From: Intoshia linei
Taxonomy: Eukaryota; Animalia; Orthonectida
Direction of reading: 5' to 3'
Assembly: GCA_001642005.1 (NCBI GenBank)
Contig: LWCA01000023.1
Span: forward strand, 15,069-79,068
Length of the DNA stretch: 64,000 nucleotides
Within the stretch, counting starts at the first letter, position 1. Each line of letters begins with the position of its first letter. A program made the position numbers and the translations under genes. Shown here piece by piece: positions 1 through 11,617 of this stretch. The notes beneath the pieces are model-generated. The model saw nothing but the letters and a program-made list of their open reading frames with translations. It had not been told where the DNA came from and did no database searches.

Positions 1-60
1 AATGTAATAGTGTTGACAGCTGCCAGTGCTTATTCCTTAAATTAAAATTACCGTATTTAG

Positions 61-952
61 GCAACCAATAAAATTATATGGACAATTTTAATAATACTAA
101 TATCAATAATTGCATTTTACTCCAACAACGCTTTATACGAGGAACAATCTTTACAGTTTAAAACGATATACAATGCAATCATGCCATTCGTTTGGTCGTC
201 CAGTGTATCTTGGATAATTTATTCTTGTGCAACAAATAATTGTAGTAATTTTTAAATTTTCGTTTATCTAGCCGGTAGAATTAAAATATTATGATATCAG
301 CATTTTCCATGACAGATGAAAATAACATGATTACAACCCACTTCAGATATCATTGAATTAAATAGTTAATATTACTCGTCTATCGGCATATACATGTATA
401 TTAATGTGTAAATCTAAATCCACGTGATAATATCGATATTTTTATTTTCCCAATGTACCATCCATCAAATTCATTCAATCCGCGTTAAAATTAAAATTAA
501 TAAAACTTACTTATTAACGTATCAAATAATTTGAGCGCCATTTTATGCACAGGTAATATTTCAGATACGAATTGTATGTTTCTTAGGTTTTATCATTATT
601 TTTTAATTTCAATATAGATTGGTTGAATTATTTATTGTCCAATCATTATTTTAAATTACAAAGCAGATTGACTTATGCACTTTATATCACACATCCATTT
701 GTGCAAAGATATTTCTTTTTCAATTTAAGTCAGCCTTTATATTTCCAGCCAGTAGTTCACGTAATATTTTTTTATTAAAAATTACAATACGTTTGATAAA
801 ACATTATTTAGATATTTATCTTCTTTGGATTATGTTTAGTCAACACGTTTGTATCGATAATTGTAACAGTCTTAATTCAATATCCAATCAACAATTTATT
901 CAACATCAAAGTCAATCAAATGAAATTGTCAACTAATAAAAGTAAACAGTAA
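61..952 (+). CDS. 3' exons of an NRF-6/OACYL-like acyltransferase-3 family membrane protein (5' end outside window)
   Basis: Spliced exons 61-244, 618-760, 812-952 read ...YNAIMPFVWSSSVSWIIYSC..NWLNYLLSNHYFKLQSRLTYALYITHPFV...IVTVLIQYPINNL..*, matching the NRF-6 family W..IIFAC / SRLTY..YL.HP motifs; GT-AG introns in phase. Confidence 0.75.
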
Positions 953-1028
953 ATATTCACATTGGAAAATAAGAATTTTGAAATTGAAATTGAAATTGAA
1001 ATAAATTTATAAACGTAACATTTTAATA

Positions 1029-4000
1029 CTAATCATTAATTTCATCCAAATAAAACTTGTACATATCACTGTATCGTTCATATGCAGACTAAATTTATCA
1101 TATTTTAGAAATTGATTAAAATATTAAAAAAATAAGATATACAAAATTTACTATAAGATTTTGTACCATTTTCATATTTGAAATAAAGATTCTTCAGGTA
1201 ATAAATTTAGATCAAGTCCATTATTGATTAAAATCCAATAAAATAGGAAATTCAAAAAGTCAAATGAATCAGATTTTATCATTTAAATTATGATTTATGG
1301 TTACAATAACTTTAATATTAATAATTAATTAAAAACCTTTCGATAAAAGAAATTTTTATCCATATCAAAAGTGATATCCAAAAATTCGATGAGATAATTA
1401 ATTTTAACATTAATTTTTTTAATTAATTTTTGAGTTTCCCTGTCAGCCTGGGCTGCAACAATATTGATTTTACGTTGAGCTAAATATTAAGTAATAAATT
1501 AATTCTTATAAGAATTATGATTGTGTGAATATCGAGTTTTAAAATAACAAGCTGAATTATTCTAAATACAAATTAGTAGTTGTATTGCAATATTTAATTC
1601 GAATCAATTTAATTTTCAAATATTTTTGAAAAGGTAATGGACCAATGGACGACGTTTAAGAGTCTTTTTGTAATGAATGGTTAGTGGACCGTTGGCATAT
1701 CAACGAATCCACGCTACTTTGTTTGAGAAATAGCAATTATAGTTTATGATATTTACCTAGTATTGGACTGGAAGAATTAAATTTCATATTGAATACAGTT
1801 TGAAAGATATTTTCAATGGGCGACATCAAAATATATTTATTCAAGTCTAAATAAAAAAAATGTACACATTAACTGAAAATAACCATCAATAAAATCGTAA
1901 TAGACTTGCAAAATAGTCAAAATTTTTGATATATCTACAGATTTTAATGTAAGAACCTAAACATTAAGGTTTAAATTACTTACAATTTACAGGATGTTAA
2001 TATTAATAGGATGTATAAATTTTACTGTATTTTCAAAGTGTCTACGTTTAAAAATCAATTCTTGTTTGATAATTTTTTTGTCTTTATCCGATAAATGATT
2101 AAATTTATCTGCCCATTTATCTAGATAATAAGTATACAATATCAAAAAATACAGTACATTGTCATTGTACTTAATTTTTATATTTTTTAAATGTATGCTA
2201 CTGTCCGCTCAGAAATTCATAGCAATTATAACATACAATTGAAATTATATTGAAATTTTTTCAATATCATTCCAAAACTGAGATAAAAATTCAACAAGTA
2301 ATCATTATTATATACAACTACAAAATAACCCATGGCTTTAAATATTTTTAGTTATCAAAAAGTGAATAAGTTAGTTCGTTATCTTAAATTGCCTGAAATT
2401 GTAAACGGAAATTATAGCATACATTATAAAAAAATAACCATATTTATTATTTTTGAGATAATGTATAAATTTCATTTTGTTATTGTTAACATGATTTTTA
2501 TAATCTAAATCATTTAATAATGGACGGCAGGATATTTTAACAGACTCTTCATTTATTTCTTCTGCATACAATATATGACTGCAGAGATCTTTCGTTTGTA
2601 AAATTAAAACGTAATTGCAAATATTTTCTTCATATATTGTTATTTTTTCCACACCTCCTTTGCTACACATTATCTACAATTTAATATAATAATAAAAGCA
2701 ATACCATTCTCCAATACCAATATCGACAATGGACAAATTTTAAAATTTCTTGTTAATTAAATTAAAAAATGTTATTTTTACCATAACAGGAAATTTTTTA
2801 ATATTTTCTAGTCTCAATTTTCCAAATTATAATTTAATTTTAAAAAATTCAGTTCTTTTATTTTTATTGTACTATTCATTTATAAATTTGCAATTTGCAA
2901 TTTGCAAATAATACTTTTCTAGTAGTTAAAGCAGTTTGACCTTATCATTTAACTATATAAAGAACATGTAAATAAATGATCCTTACCTTCACAACAGTTG
3001 AACGAAATGCGTCAATTTCTTTGCAGTATTTTCCAATTATATACTTTTGTTCAATATACCCATCCTATTAAATTAAGAATTGTAAAAAACAAAATAATAA
3101 CAGTAGACAATAAAAGACAAAATACGTACTTTAAGTGTAAAAGAATCTTCCTCGTATGACCCAAGAGACGTTTCTCTAATTTCTTCATCCTTTATACCTA
3201 CATTATGATGACATAATTATAAATAATATAAAATTTGTTATAATAAATATTATGTCAATAATGTATAATTATTTAATATTAATCTTTTTTGAATACACGT
3301 GAGAAATAATCATCAAGAAATAAATTATATGAATCGATACATAATGGTATTTACTTCTAATGAACATACAATATTACGTATGCGTTCATAGATTGATTCA
3401 CGCTATTGTAGTGATAGCTACTATGCTACTATGTAGAATATAGTAGCAATAAAAAAAATAAAGGAACTCTGATGAATATTAACCATAAACCAGATACCAT
3501 AATAATTATAAAAAATTGCGATTTCTTTAGATTTAGATCTAATGCTAACAATTTATCGCAATATTTTTATCAATAAAAAATTTAAAAATCTAAATTAACA
3601 CTAATGTAAATAATACAATATTAATATGTAATTAATGTGTCATTGAACACAAATACATTAATAATGCGTTAATCAATGTATTTTTTATCAATTATCATTA
3701 TTTTACTGTATATCTGCCTAATCATCGTAGTAACCGTATCCATGATTTCATCGCTATAACGTTATACTCTCAATACAGCCATAAATATTTAATTAAAAAA
3801 ATGGCGGTATTGATATCCTGATTGTATTTTGTTTTTTCATCCTTTCTAATCAATATGTAAATACAAGAGTTAACAACCAGTGTGCGCTAAAACAGTTCCC
3901 TATAAATTAATCATGCAAAACAAATAAATGCATTGTCACTAAAATTTAATCTGCTTAAAGTGGTGACATATGTAATACAAATGTTAATTTGTAGCTATTT

Positions 4001-7000
4001 TAACGTGGAAAATAATAATAATTTATCCTTAGTTTTTTAAATATGACATTTGAACAACATTAAAATTTGAATAAAAACAAAATGCAAAATAATATTAAAA
4101 ATACAATGGAAAACGCTACTGAGGAATATGATGGGTACCTTTTTTCAACCGATTCGGTAATTGAAATATCTGCACCGAAAACCCGAAGATCTGGCATTCA
4201 TTCGTTAACGTGTACAGAAATCAACATAAAGCGTACAACTATAAGTTTAGCCAACAAATTATGTTCAATCAATAGGATAGATACTATGAATAAATTCAGA
4301 AAAGTTTATAATGACAGATTGGCTTAATTTTACACGTCATAAAATGTCTAAAACAAATGCCAGCCTATAAAAGAATCGAACACTGTGAGATACGGTTTTG
4401 TGATAATATGAAAGACGTCATTATGCACATACAAGATTGCAAGGACCGCAAAAAATGTAAAATACCTCATTGCTTTTCAACCAGATTGATACTCTCACAT
4501 GTCACAGATTGTGCAATTCCATCTTGTTTACGTTGTGAACCTCTGGTAATTCCGTGTGAATGTAAACACTCCTAAACGTGGCCAAAATTTCCACAAAAAA
4601 AAAAACAATTTTTACATTGTTAATAAATTTTTAATTTTAAACTATGAATTATGTATGTAGTCTTCGTCATGAAAATTTAATGCATCTTATAGTGTAATAA
4701 TCGTTGTTTTTCATCAACCAAATCTGAAAGATTATCGAATTTATGGTATATACTAGAATTCTGCATCGGATAATAATATGTTGAGGTAATATGTACGAAC
4801 GAAACGAAAAACTTTTGTCAGAAACACGAAATACTTCAAGACAATTAAAATTTAATATGAAACAGAAAAATTTTGTAAACTAAATGTTATTAATAATTAA
4901 CAAAATAACAAATTTATAGTCGAATTAAAAAATACCATTTAAAGTCGGTATGCAGTAATTACCCTATGGTTTCTGAAATAGACAATAGGTTATTAGGGAC
5001 AGCTGTTAAAACAGAAATACGGATAGACTTGTTTAACATATTTCCGTGGTACGAAATTGAGAAAAAGTTTCCTCACTCTGCTGTCATATGCAGAGAGACT
5101 AGATAGGTTCTGCCGTCCTTTACACGTGAACAACAAGTCATGATCTCGTCTTACGTAGACATGGTAAGAGAGTACATGATGAAAAGACTCCCGAGTATGT
5201 GGACAACGAACATCTGTCGAGCAACATAGTGACTAAAATACTTAAGAAAGGTTTGAAACAAAAGAAGTTCAGTATAAAGGATATGACTATTATAATTTAA
5301 TTTAATATTCTGGTCGTATATTGAAATCTATACGCGACATAAGGTACGTTAGAGAATACGCTATTATAAATAATATCATAGTTGATACTATAGGTGTCTT
5401 ATCGTTGGATAAATTTCCGAGATATGTAACAAAGTTGTTAAGTAAAGACGATATCAAAAATTTCAACGAGATAGCGTGTCTCCATTTGCATAAATGCAAG
5501 AATTCATTGATAGATGTACTGCAGAATAGAGTTTTAGATTTAAAGAAAACGACCAAAGCATGAAGAAATTGCAATTGTTCAGAAATTACCAAAAGCAGAG
5601 CTCATCTGACAATAGTCTCAACAAGATTTATAAGCGTAAAACCGGAAAATCAGTCGCTAAAAAGATAAAGGCCAAGATTAACAAACGAATATTCATATTC
5701 ATATACTGAATGTTCGGACGGAGTATATCTCGGACTCTTCGAGTTCAGTGATGATGTTAAAAAAAGTGTGTATTATGAAAAGTCTAACAAATAAATACTT
5801 AGTACTTACACTGATATAGAATACAGGTTATCTTATAATAAAACCCGACCAGTATTACTTATTTACCATGAAAAAAAACTGTGATCAGTGATCAGTGATC
5901 AGTGATCAGTACTCGACACGATACATACATTAACGGATTTTACTTATTTCCTTTTTGAGACGTTATCGATAACTGATAAAATTTATTTTTTAAATAAATT
6001 AATAATTTTTTAGAGACTAAAACAAATGTACTGTTTGGCTCAAATTCGTTTAAAAAAAAATGTAATTGAAAAAATGAATGGAAATTTAAAGCAACAGGTA
6101 CAAAATTCAATTGACTCAAGAAATCAAGCCTGCTGACCATTTGAAGCGTCGTACGTCGCAGATTGGGTGCACGAGTAAAAACAAATCGATGATGATTTTT
6201 TACAAAAAATTATCTTTAGTGATAAAGCCCATTTCCATCTAAGTCAGGGACGTCCAACCCGTGTGTCGAAAATTTTCGAAACTCACAATAATACTGGATC
6301 TGGGATAAATTTGCCATAAAAACGCCTTCATAATTTCTAATTAACAATACATGTTTTACTATCAAAATAATGTTGATTGTACTATTTTTATAATGTCAGT
6401 GATGCTGATCTTAATATATCCAAGATAATAACTTCAACATATTTTTGTTTCTGATTCAAAAATATCGTTAAACCAATAAATATTTATGTTGTCACTCAAT
6501 ACTTAATATTTTCACAATCACTTATATTAAGATTTAATCTTGATTATTTTTTTACCACACCACCATTTTATCATGTTATCGATTACTAAGAAGAGAAAAA
6601 TAAAAGATAAAAAAAGAAAATTTAATAGCTTATGGACAGAGAAATACTTTGTAATTCAAGTAGAAAATGAAATAGTCTGCCTCATATGTAATGATAAGAT
6701 GGCCATTTGCAAGGAGTATAATATTAACCGTCACTATTATGCTAAGCACGAGTCACAATATAGTGGATTAAACAAAGAAAAAAGAAAAATTAAAATAGAT
6801 GAGTTAAGGAAAACACTCAGTTCACAACAAAGTATCCTTAAAAAGCATCTTATTAAAAATAGTGCAAGTACATTGGTTAGTTATTTAATAGCTGAAAAAC
6901 TGACTCAGACAGGAAAACCTCTGATAGACGCAAAATTGATAAAAGAATGCATTACAATTGCTTTTAAAGAATACTGTCCAGAGAAAGTAGCCTTATTCAA

Positions 7001-10000
7001 TGAAACGAGTCTGTCACATCAGACAATTGGTAGAAGAATTGATAAATTAGCAGACAGTATTGTGGAAACATTGCAGACTCAATTATCTAAATGTGTTCAC
7101 TACAGCCTAGCATTGGACGAAAGTACAGACCAAAGTGACACCGCGCAATTGGCCATTTTCATAAGATGAATTGATATCAACTTTAACATCATTGAAGAAA
7201 TGCTAGACTTGTGCCATATGAAGGGTACGACAACTGGAAAAGACATAATGGATCATGTTAACGTATCGTTGATAAACATCGAAAAAATAATAATCGATAA
7301 AAATCGAAAGGATCGTCGTTTATAGTCATTGAGTTAATTTTCTCTGAGTTGGAATGAGTTATCCTCGATAAAAAGTCCGCAGATAAATTTTTATCACCTG
7401 ATCGGTATACAGATTTAAAAATAAATTCCTCTAGACACAGCAACCAACGCATCGTCATATTATCCACTTTATTTGAATCACGTATGTTTACAATAGGGTT
7501 ATGGTTTGTAATGTGAGTAAATACTTTCCCCAGTAAGTAGTATTTAAACTTGTGAGCTGCCCAAAAAAGTGCATATAACTCCTTTTTAAATACACTATAT
7601 CTCCGCTGAGAGGGAGTAAATAATTTACTTGCAAAAGAAACAATTTTGCCGTTTGGACTTAATATAGCACCAACTCCATTATTGGAAGCATCCGTTTTCA
7701 ATTGAAATGATGATACAAAATTTGTATGTATGATTAAGGGAGGAGATGACAACATAATCTTTAACTTAACAAACGAAGGATTAGTCATTGCTCCATACAA
7801 ATTTCTTCCTTTTTTTAGTAGTGATCTAATAGGGTATAAAATATCTGAGTAGTTTTTGAGGAAACGGCTGTGGTAGTTACATAATCCTATTAACCTACGT
7901 GCTTCCTGTACATTCTTTGGTTGGTTGAGTTTGAGAATAGCATCGACTTTATCGTTATCCATTCTTACTGTTGATCCATTAATCACTTTTTTTACATAGT
8001 CAGTTTTTATCGTATTTTTTGTATATATTATTTTCGTGATCCATTAAATTAAAAAAATAATATCAAATTTCATTTGCATATTTCTTAAAATATCAAAAAA
8101 ACAATTATTAATTGCTTTTTTTATTGCTTGCTTGCTTATTTAAAATTGCTGCATAACATGCACTGCACATTTGTAAATTTAAAAAATATTGATTGTCTTT
8201 ATCATGTGATAATTTTATTTTTGTGGAAAAATGGGCGATTCTCCAAAAAAGGTTAAGAACCACTAAACTAATGTAAAACATTGGACCGATATATAGTATA
8301 AATGTGAATCATTTGTAAAAACGAAAAAATGTATCCATGCGTATTATGTATTTAAATCAAAAAAATTACTTAAGTTAATTAATCTACCAATAAATGAGCC
8401 CAAAAAAAAAGGAAGACCTAAATTAGAAAAAAATAAAGTAAATTTAATTATAGTATATTCTTACTGTTCATAATTTATTTTAGTATAAAATGAAAAGAAT
8501 ATAACGTTTGTACAAATATATTTGAAATGTGGACTTTATAAAATTCTAAGACGGGTAGTTATTTATATACAGCGTAACAAACAAACAAAAATCGCGTAGC
8601 ATATTATATAAGTTAGGATAACATGTTTAACTTGCAATAAAACATGCCTTAACCGCAGGTATAATTTATTAAGGTACCTAAGGACAATTCTTCACATAAA
8701 CAACGCTGCTAATTTTTCTAATTCTACCAATTTTTTTGACGGTACAAATTTTTCTGATACTTCTTTTTCATCTTTCTCTTCATATAATTCAATTCCAGGA
8801 AACAGTAGACTGGAATTGAAGTTATGCATCTATGCAGACTGTCATACATCAATACGCACGATTGATCGATTGACAGGAACACTTTTCAAGATGCACAGCA
8901 CCCCATTTTCTTTGAAAAACCTTAAATGATTTAAGAAATGAACCGTTTTCTCTAATATTAGACGAGTCAACGGGAATTTCTTGTGATAAACACCTTTGTA
9001 TAATTGTTAGATATTGTTCACATTATTATGATAAACATTTTTTGAAACAGCGAATATTGATATTTCGAAATGTATCGCAATTGGTATTGAACTGCATCAA
9101 CAATTGAACTGCATCGGTGCATCAAACTTAATTTATGGGCATTAAAAATTCACTGGAAAATATAAGGTTTAGATATAATATAAGGAAAATAAAATCACAG
9201 ATTTAGATTAATTTGAAAAATTTATTCAAAGTAAATCTATTTATTTCCCTCTTCTTTACTTTTACAATTTCCCGAGAAATCACTAAAATAAGCCCGTTTT
9301 AGGCACTTTTCGAAATTCAGACTGCTTTGATACAAATGTGACACTCTCTCACAGCCTTGGACCTGTGAGTCACAAGTGCACTAAATTTAACTCGTGGATT
9401 CAAAAAGATTTTTTGTTATAGTGTAATTAAGGTACATCAGTGTACTTGTGATAATTAACATAAATATATAAATAAAACCTTCTTCATGATATTGAACAAT
9501 TTTTTTGTTATAACAAAAATTATATGTCCACCAAGATTCAGTCTATATTGAGATACACTTATATAAAATTTTTTAAGGATTTTCATAGTATCAACGATGT
9601 ATCTGTGTATCAAACACATCATTAATGATATGCTTGACTTGATAAATTGCGATTATGAAAGTAATGATTGTAACTTTAATAAACTTTCAGGTTACCACAA
9701 AGAAAATTTTTAAAAATGTAAAAAAAGCTATATTAACTAGTGCAACCATAAATACCAATACAAATGTAGTACGAATTAAAAACAACACAATTTCGTACTA
9801 ATTAAATCGTCACAAATACCAATAACATTATTCAGTGATATACAGGATTTATTGGAAATTTGTAGACCAGTGGTTCCCAAACTTTTTCCACCATGTACCA
9901 CTTGTTACAAAAAAAAATGCGTGTGGACCACATAATTTTTAAAAAAAATTCCCTTAATCCTGAACACGTCACTAAGATAATATTTTTGATTATATATTCC

Positions 10001-11563
10001 TCTTTAAATCAAAAATTTTACATTAATTTAACAAACTAGCTTCAATGCCGTAATTAAAAAAATTCTTAATTTCAAACATACTTATGGCGAACTACCAGTG
10101 CCGTATGCGAGATCCTTCCACCGAGGGATCTCGACGAAATTTTTTATAAAATGGAGGCTTAAATTGAGCATTAAAAAATTCCTGAATATCAACTAATTTG
10201 CGTGTTAAATTTAAAATATCAACTCAAGAGTCTTAGAAAGGTGGATAAAATTATATGACATTATCATTCGTTTACAAAATTTTTTAATGGGCTATTTTTC
10301 ATTTTTGAAGTGGCGACGGGCTTGCTAGGTTCGATTCCAGAAACTACAATCGAACTAAGTTAAATTGCTACATAGATTAAATTTAACGCATGTGAAAATT
10401 ATTCACGTTATTCAGTAAATTTTCACTTCATTTTGATTAAATGGTGTTTACGTTCACTAATGATAATAATAAATGATCAATACAATTCTAATTTATTATT
10501 ATTATTGTTAAAAAAAGGTTATCTTTATTTTATTTAAATTTTTTTGTGGACCACCTATAGTTTCCTGTGGACCACTTTGGAAACCACTGGTGTAGACGTT
10601 CAATGGACATTTTTTTTGAAATTGTTGGATCAATATTTACATTTTCAATTTTAATATTAATCGAAATATTTAAAAAATAATGAATGAAAATATATTTAAA
10701 ATTATTTTTCACCGGGAATGCATAGATTTCTGGGGTTGAAATTTTGTATTTATATTAACTGAAATAAGCTCTATCAGATTAATCTTTTTTTTTTAATTTT
10801 CAGACTGTTAATTATTTCACATTTTGTTAATAAAATATTTAAGTAATGACCATTAAAAGCAGCTCCAATTAGACAATATAAATTACAATTTTGATGCAAA
10901 ATTCTTCATAATTTTTGAGTAAATCTTTGGCATATGCAGTGTAACGCTGTAATTCTTCAGGAGCCAAATATTCCACACTGGTCACTGAACCACTATCGAT
11001 TCGGTTCTCATCCGATTTAGTGTAATTTATAGCATTATAATCACATTGAAATGTTTGATTATTCAAAGTATACAAAACGACGTCACGGTACTAAAATTAA
11101 ATGACTGATAAACAAGTTGAACAAAAATCGACATCCTCGACATAAGAATTATATTTAGCCTGATTGGCTTAGTTTAAGGCTTAGACTAAGCCTTAACCAA
11201 AAAATTTCATCAAATACAAAAATTCAAGGCTCAACAATCATAGCTTATACAAATTAATTTGTCTACAAAATTAACTATAATTTCAAATTAAATTATCTAC
11301 AAAATTAACTATAATTTAAAAATAAATTTCCTCGTTTTATCACATTAAATAATTACATTGGTAAGTTCTTGTGTCAATTTTTTTCGATAAAATGTAACCG
11401 TCTTGTTAGCAACGACGTAAGGCTCAAAACTCAAGCCATATGAAGGTAAATGTTTTTCAAATAAACTTGCCTTAAATTTATGTACAAATTTGACATTATC
11501 GGTCAGGAATGCTCGGTAATATGTTAAAAAAAATACAATCAACGTATAAGCTAAAATGTTCAT
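1029..11563 (-). CDS. OS9: OS-9 ER lectin (MRH domain), multi-exon, with a ~6.3 kb TE-filled intron (~3198-9478)
   Basis: Signal-peptide exon at 11563; exon ~10885-11090 ends FCIKI; exon ~9479-9542 TESWWTYNFCYNKKIVQYHEE; exons ~3130-3197, ~2987-3064 and ~2440-2673 give ETSLGSY..GKYC..RSTVVKIMC..EENICNYVLILQTKDLCSH..ISCRPLL, colinear with OS-9. 3' exons are less certain. Confidence 0.85.
4082..4575 (+). pseudogene. Stand-alone TAZ1-type zinc finger gene (CBP/p300-like), intronless, split by a 1-nt frameshift near 4325
   Basis: ORF1 ends RKVYNDRLA*; the shifted frame continues LILHVIKC..CEIRFCDNMKDVIMHIQDCKDRKKCKIPHCFSTRLILSHVTDCAIPSCLRCEPL, matching TAZ1 RKLIQQQLVLLLHAHKC..CxLPHCRTMKNVLNHMTHC..CQVAHCASSRQIISHWKNC..CPVCLPL. 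Confidence 0.8.
4966..5800 (+). pseudogene. Degraded intronless coding-like segment of unknown origin
   Basis: Higher GC than flanks; successive open stretches broken by stops and frameshifts (including ORF 5321-5563 and an LRRHGKRVH motif); no family recognised. Confidence 0.3.
5881..5910. repeat. 7-bp tandem repeat (gtgatca) x4
   Basis: gtgatcagtgatcagtgatcagtgatcagt seen directly. Confidence 0.9.
6095..6244 (+). mobile_element. Tc1/mariner-type transposase fragment, truncated where the hAT element begins
   Basis: YKIQLTQEIKPADHLKRR..DDDFLQKIIFSDKAHFHLS with a frameshift and stop; FSDEAHF-like first catalytic Asp motif. Confidence 0.7.
6245..7257 (+). mobile_element. hAT (Charlie/SPIN/GTF2IRD2-like) transposon 5' part with degenerate transposase
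   Basis: CAGGG terminus at 6245; ORF 6540-7169 has a zinc finger (CLIC..RHY..KH) and YSLALDESTDQSDTAQLAIFIR; continues past a stop to MKGTTTGKD. Confidence 0.9.
7258..7986 (-). mobile_element. Ty3/gypsy LTR-retrotransposon pol fragment (RT C-terminus plus RNase H), abutting the hAT transposase
   Basis: RRLIGLCNYHSRF, LKTDASNNGVGAIL, RYSVFKKELYAL, RWLLCLEEF, YRSGDKNLSADFLSR. Confidence 0.92.
8271..8440 (+). mobile_element. Mutator/MULE-like transposase C-terminal remnant (SWIM finger plus AT-hook)
   Basis: YKCESFVKTKKCIHAYYV...EPKKKGRPKL: degenerate CxC..CxH followed by KKGRPK. Confidence 0.55.
8815..9170 (+). mobile_element. Second hAT transposase remnant
   Basis: LRNEPFSLILDESTGISCDKHLCIIVRYC at ~8930-9020. 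Confidence 0.75.
9868..10589. mobile_element. Non-autonomous hAT element
   Basis: TIRs cagtggttcccaaa / tttggaaaccactg; 8-bp TSD ttgtagac / gtgtagac. Confidence 0.85.
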
Positions 11564-11617
11564 TTTATTATAAATTGTAATAAAGTTTTTTTTATTTCAA
11601 AAATTTTTCTTAGGCAC

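Noticed and set aside
300-600. Possible nested minus-strand gene in the NRF-6-like intron
   Set aside because: A good donor (gtaagt) exists, but there is no AG acceptor and the frames are short with no recognisable homology
2987-3064. Suspected frameshift in OS9 (alternative frame GWYIEQKYN looks homologous)
   Set aside because: Flanking splice phases keep DGILNKSIIGKYC in frame; no indel is needed
3954-3975. TTAA-AGTGG Kolobok-like end upstream of the TAZ gene
   Set aside because: No matching right terminus found downstream
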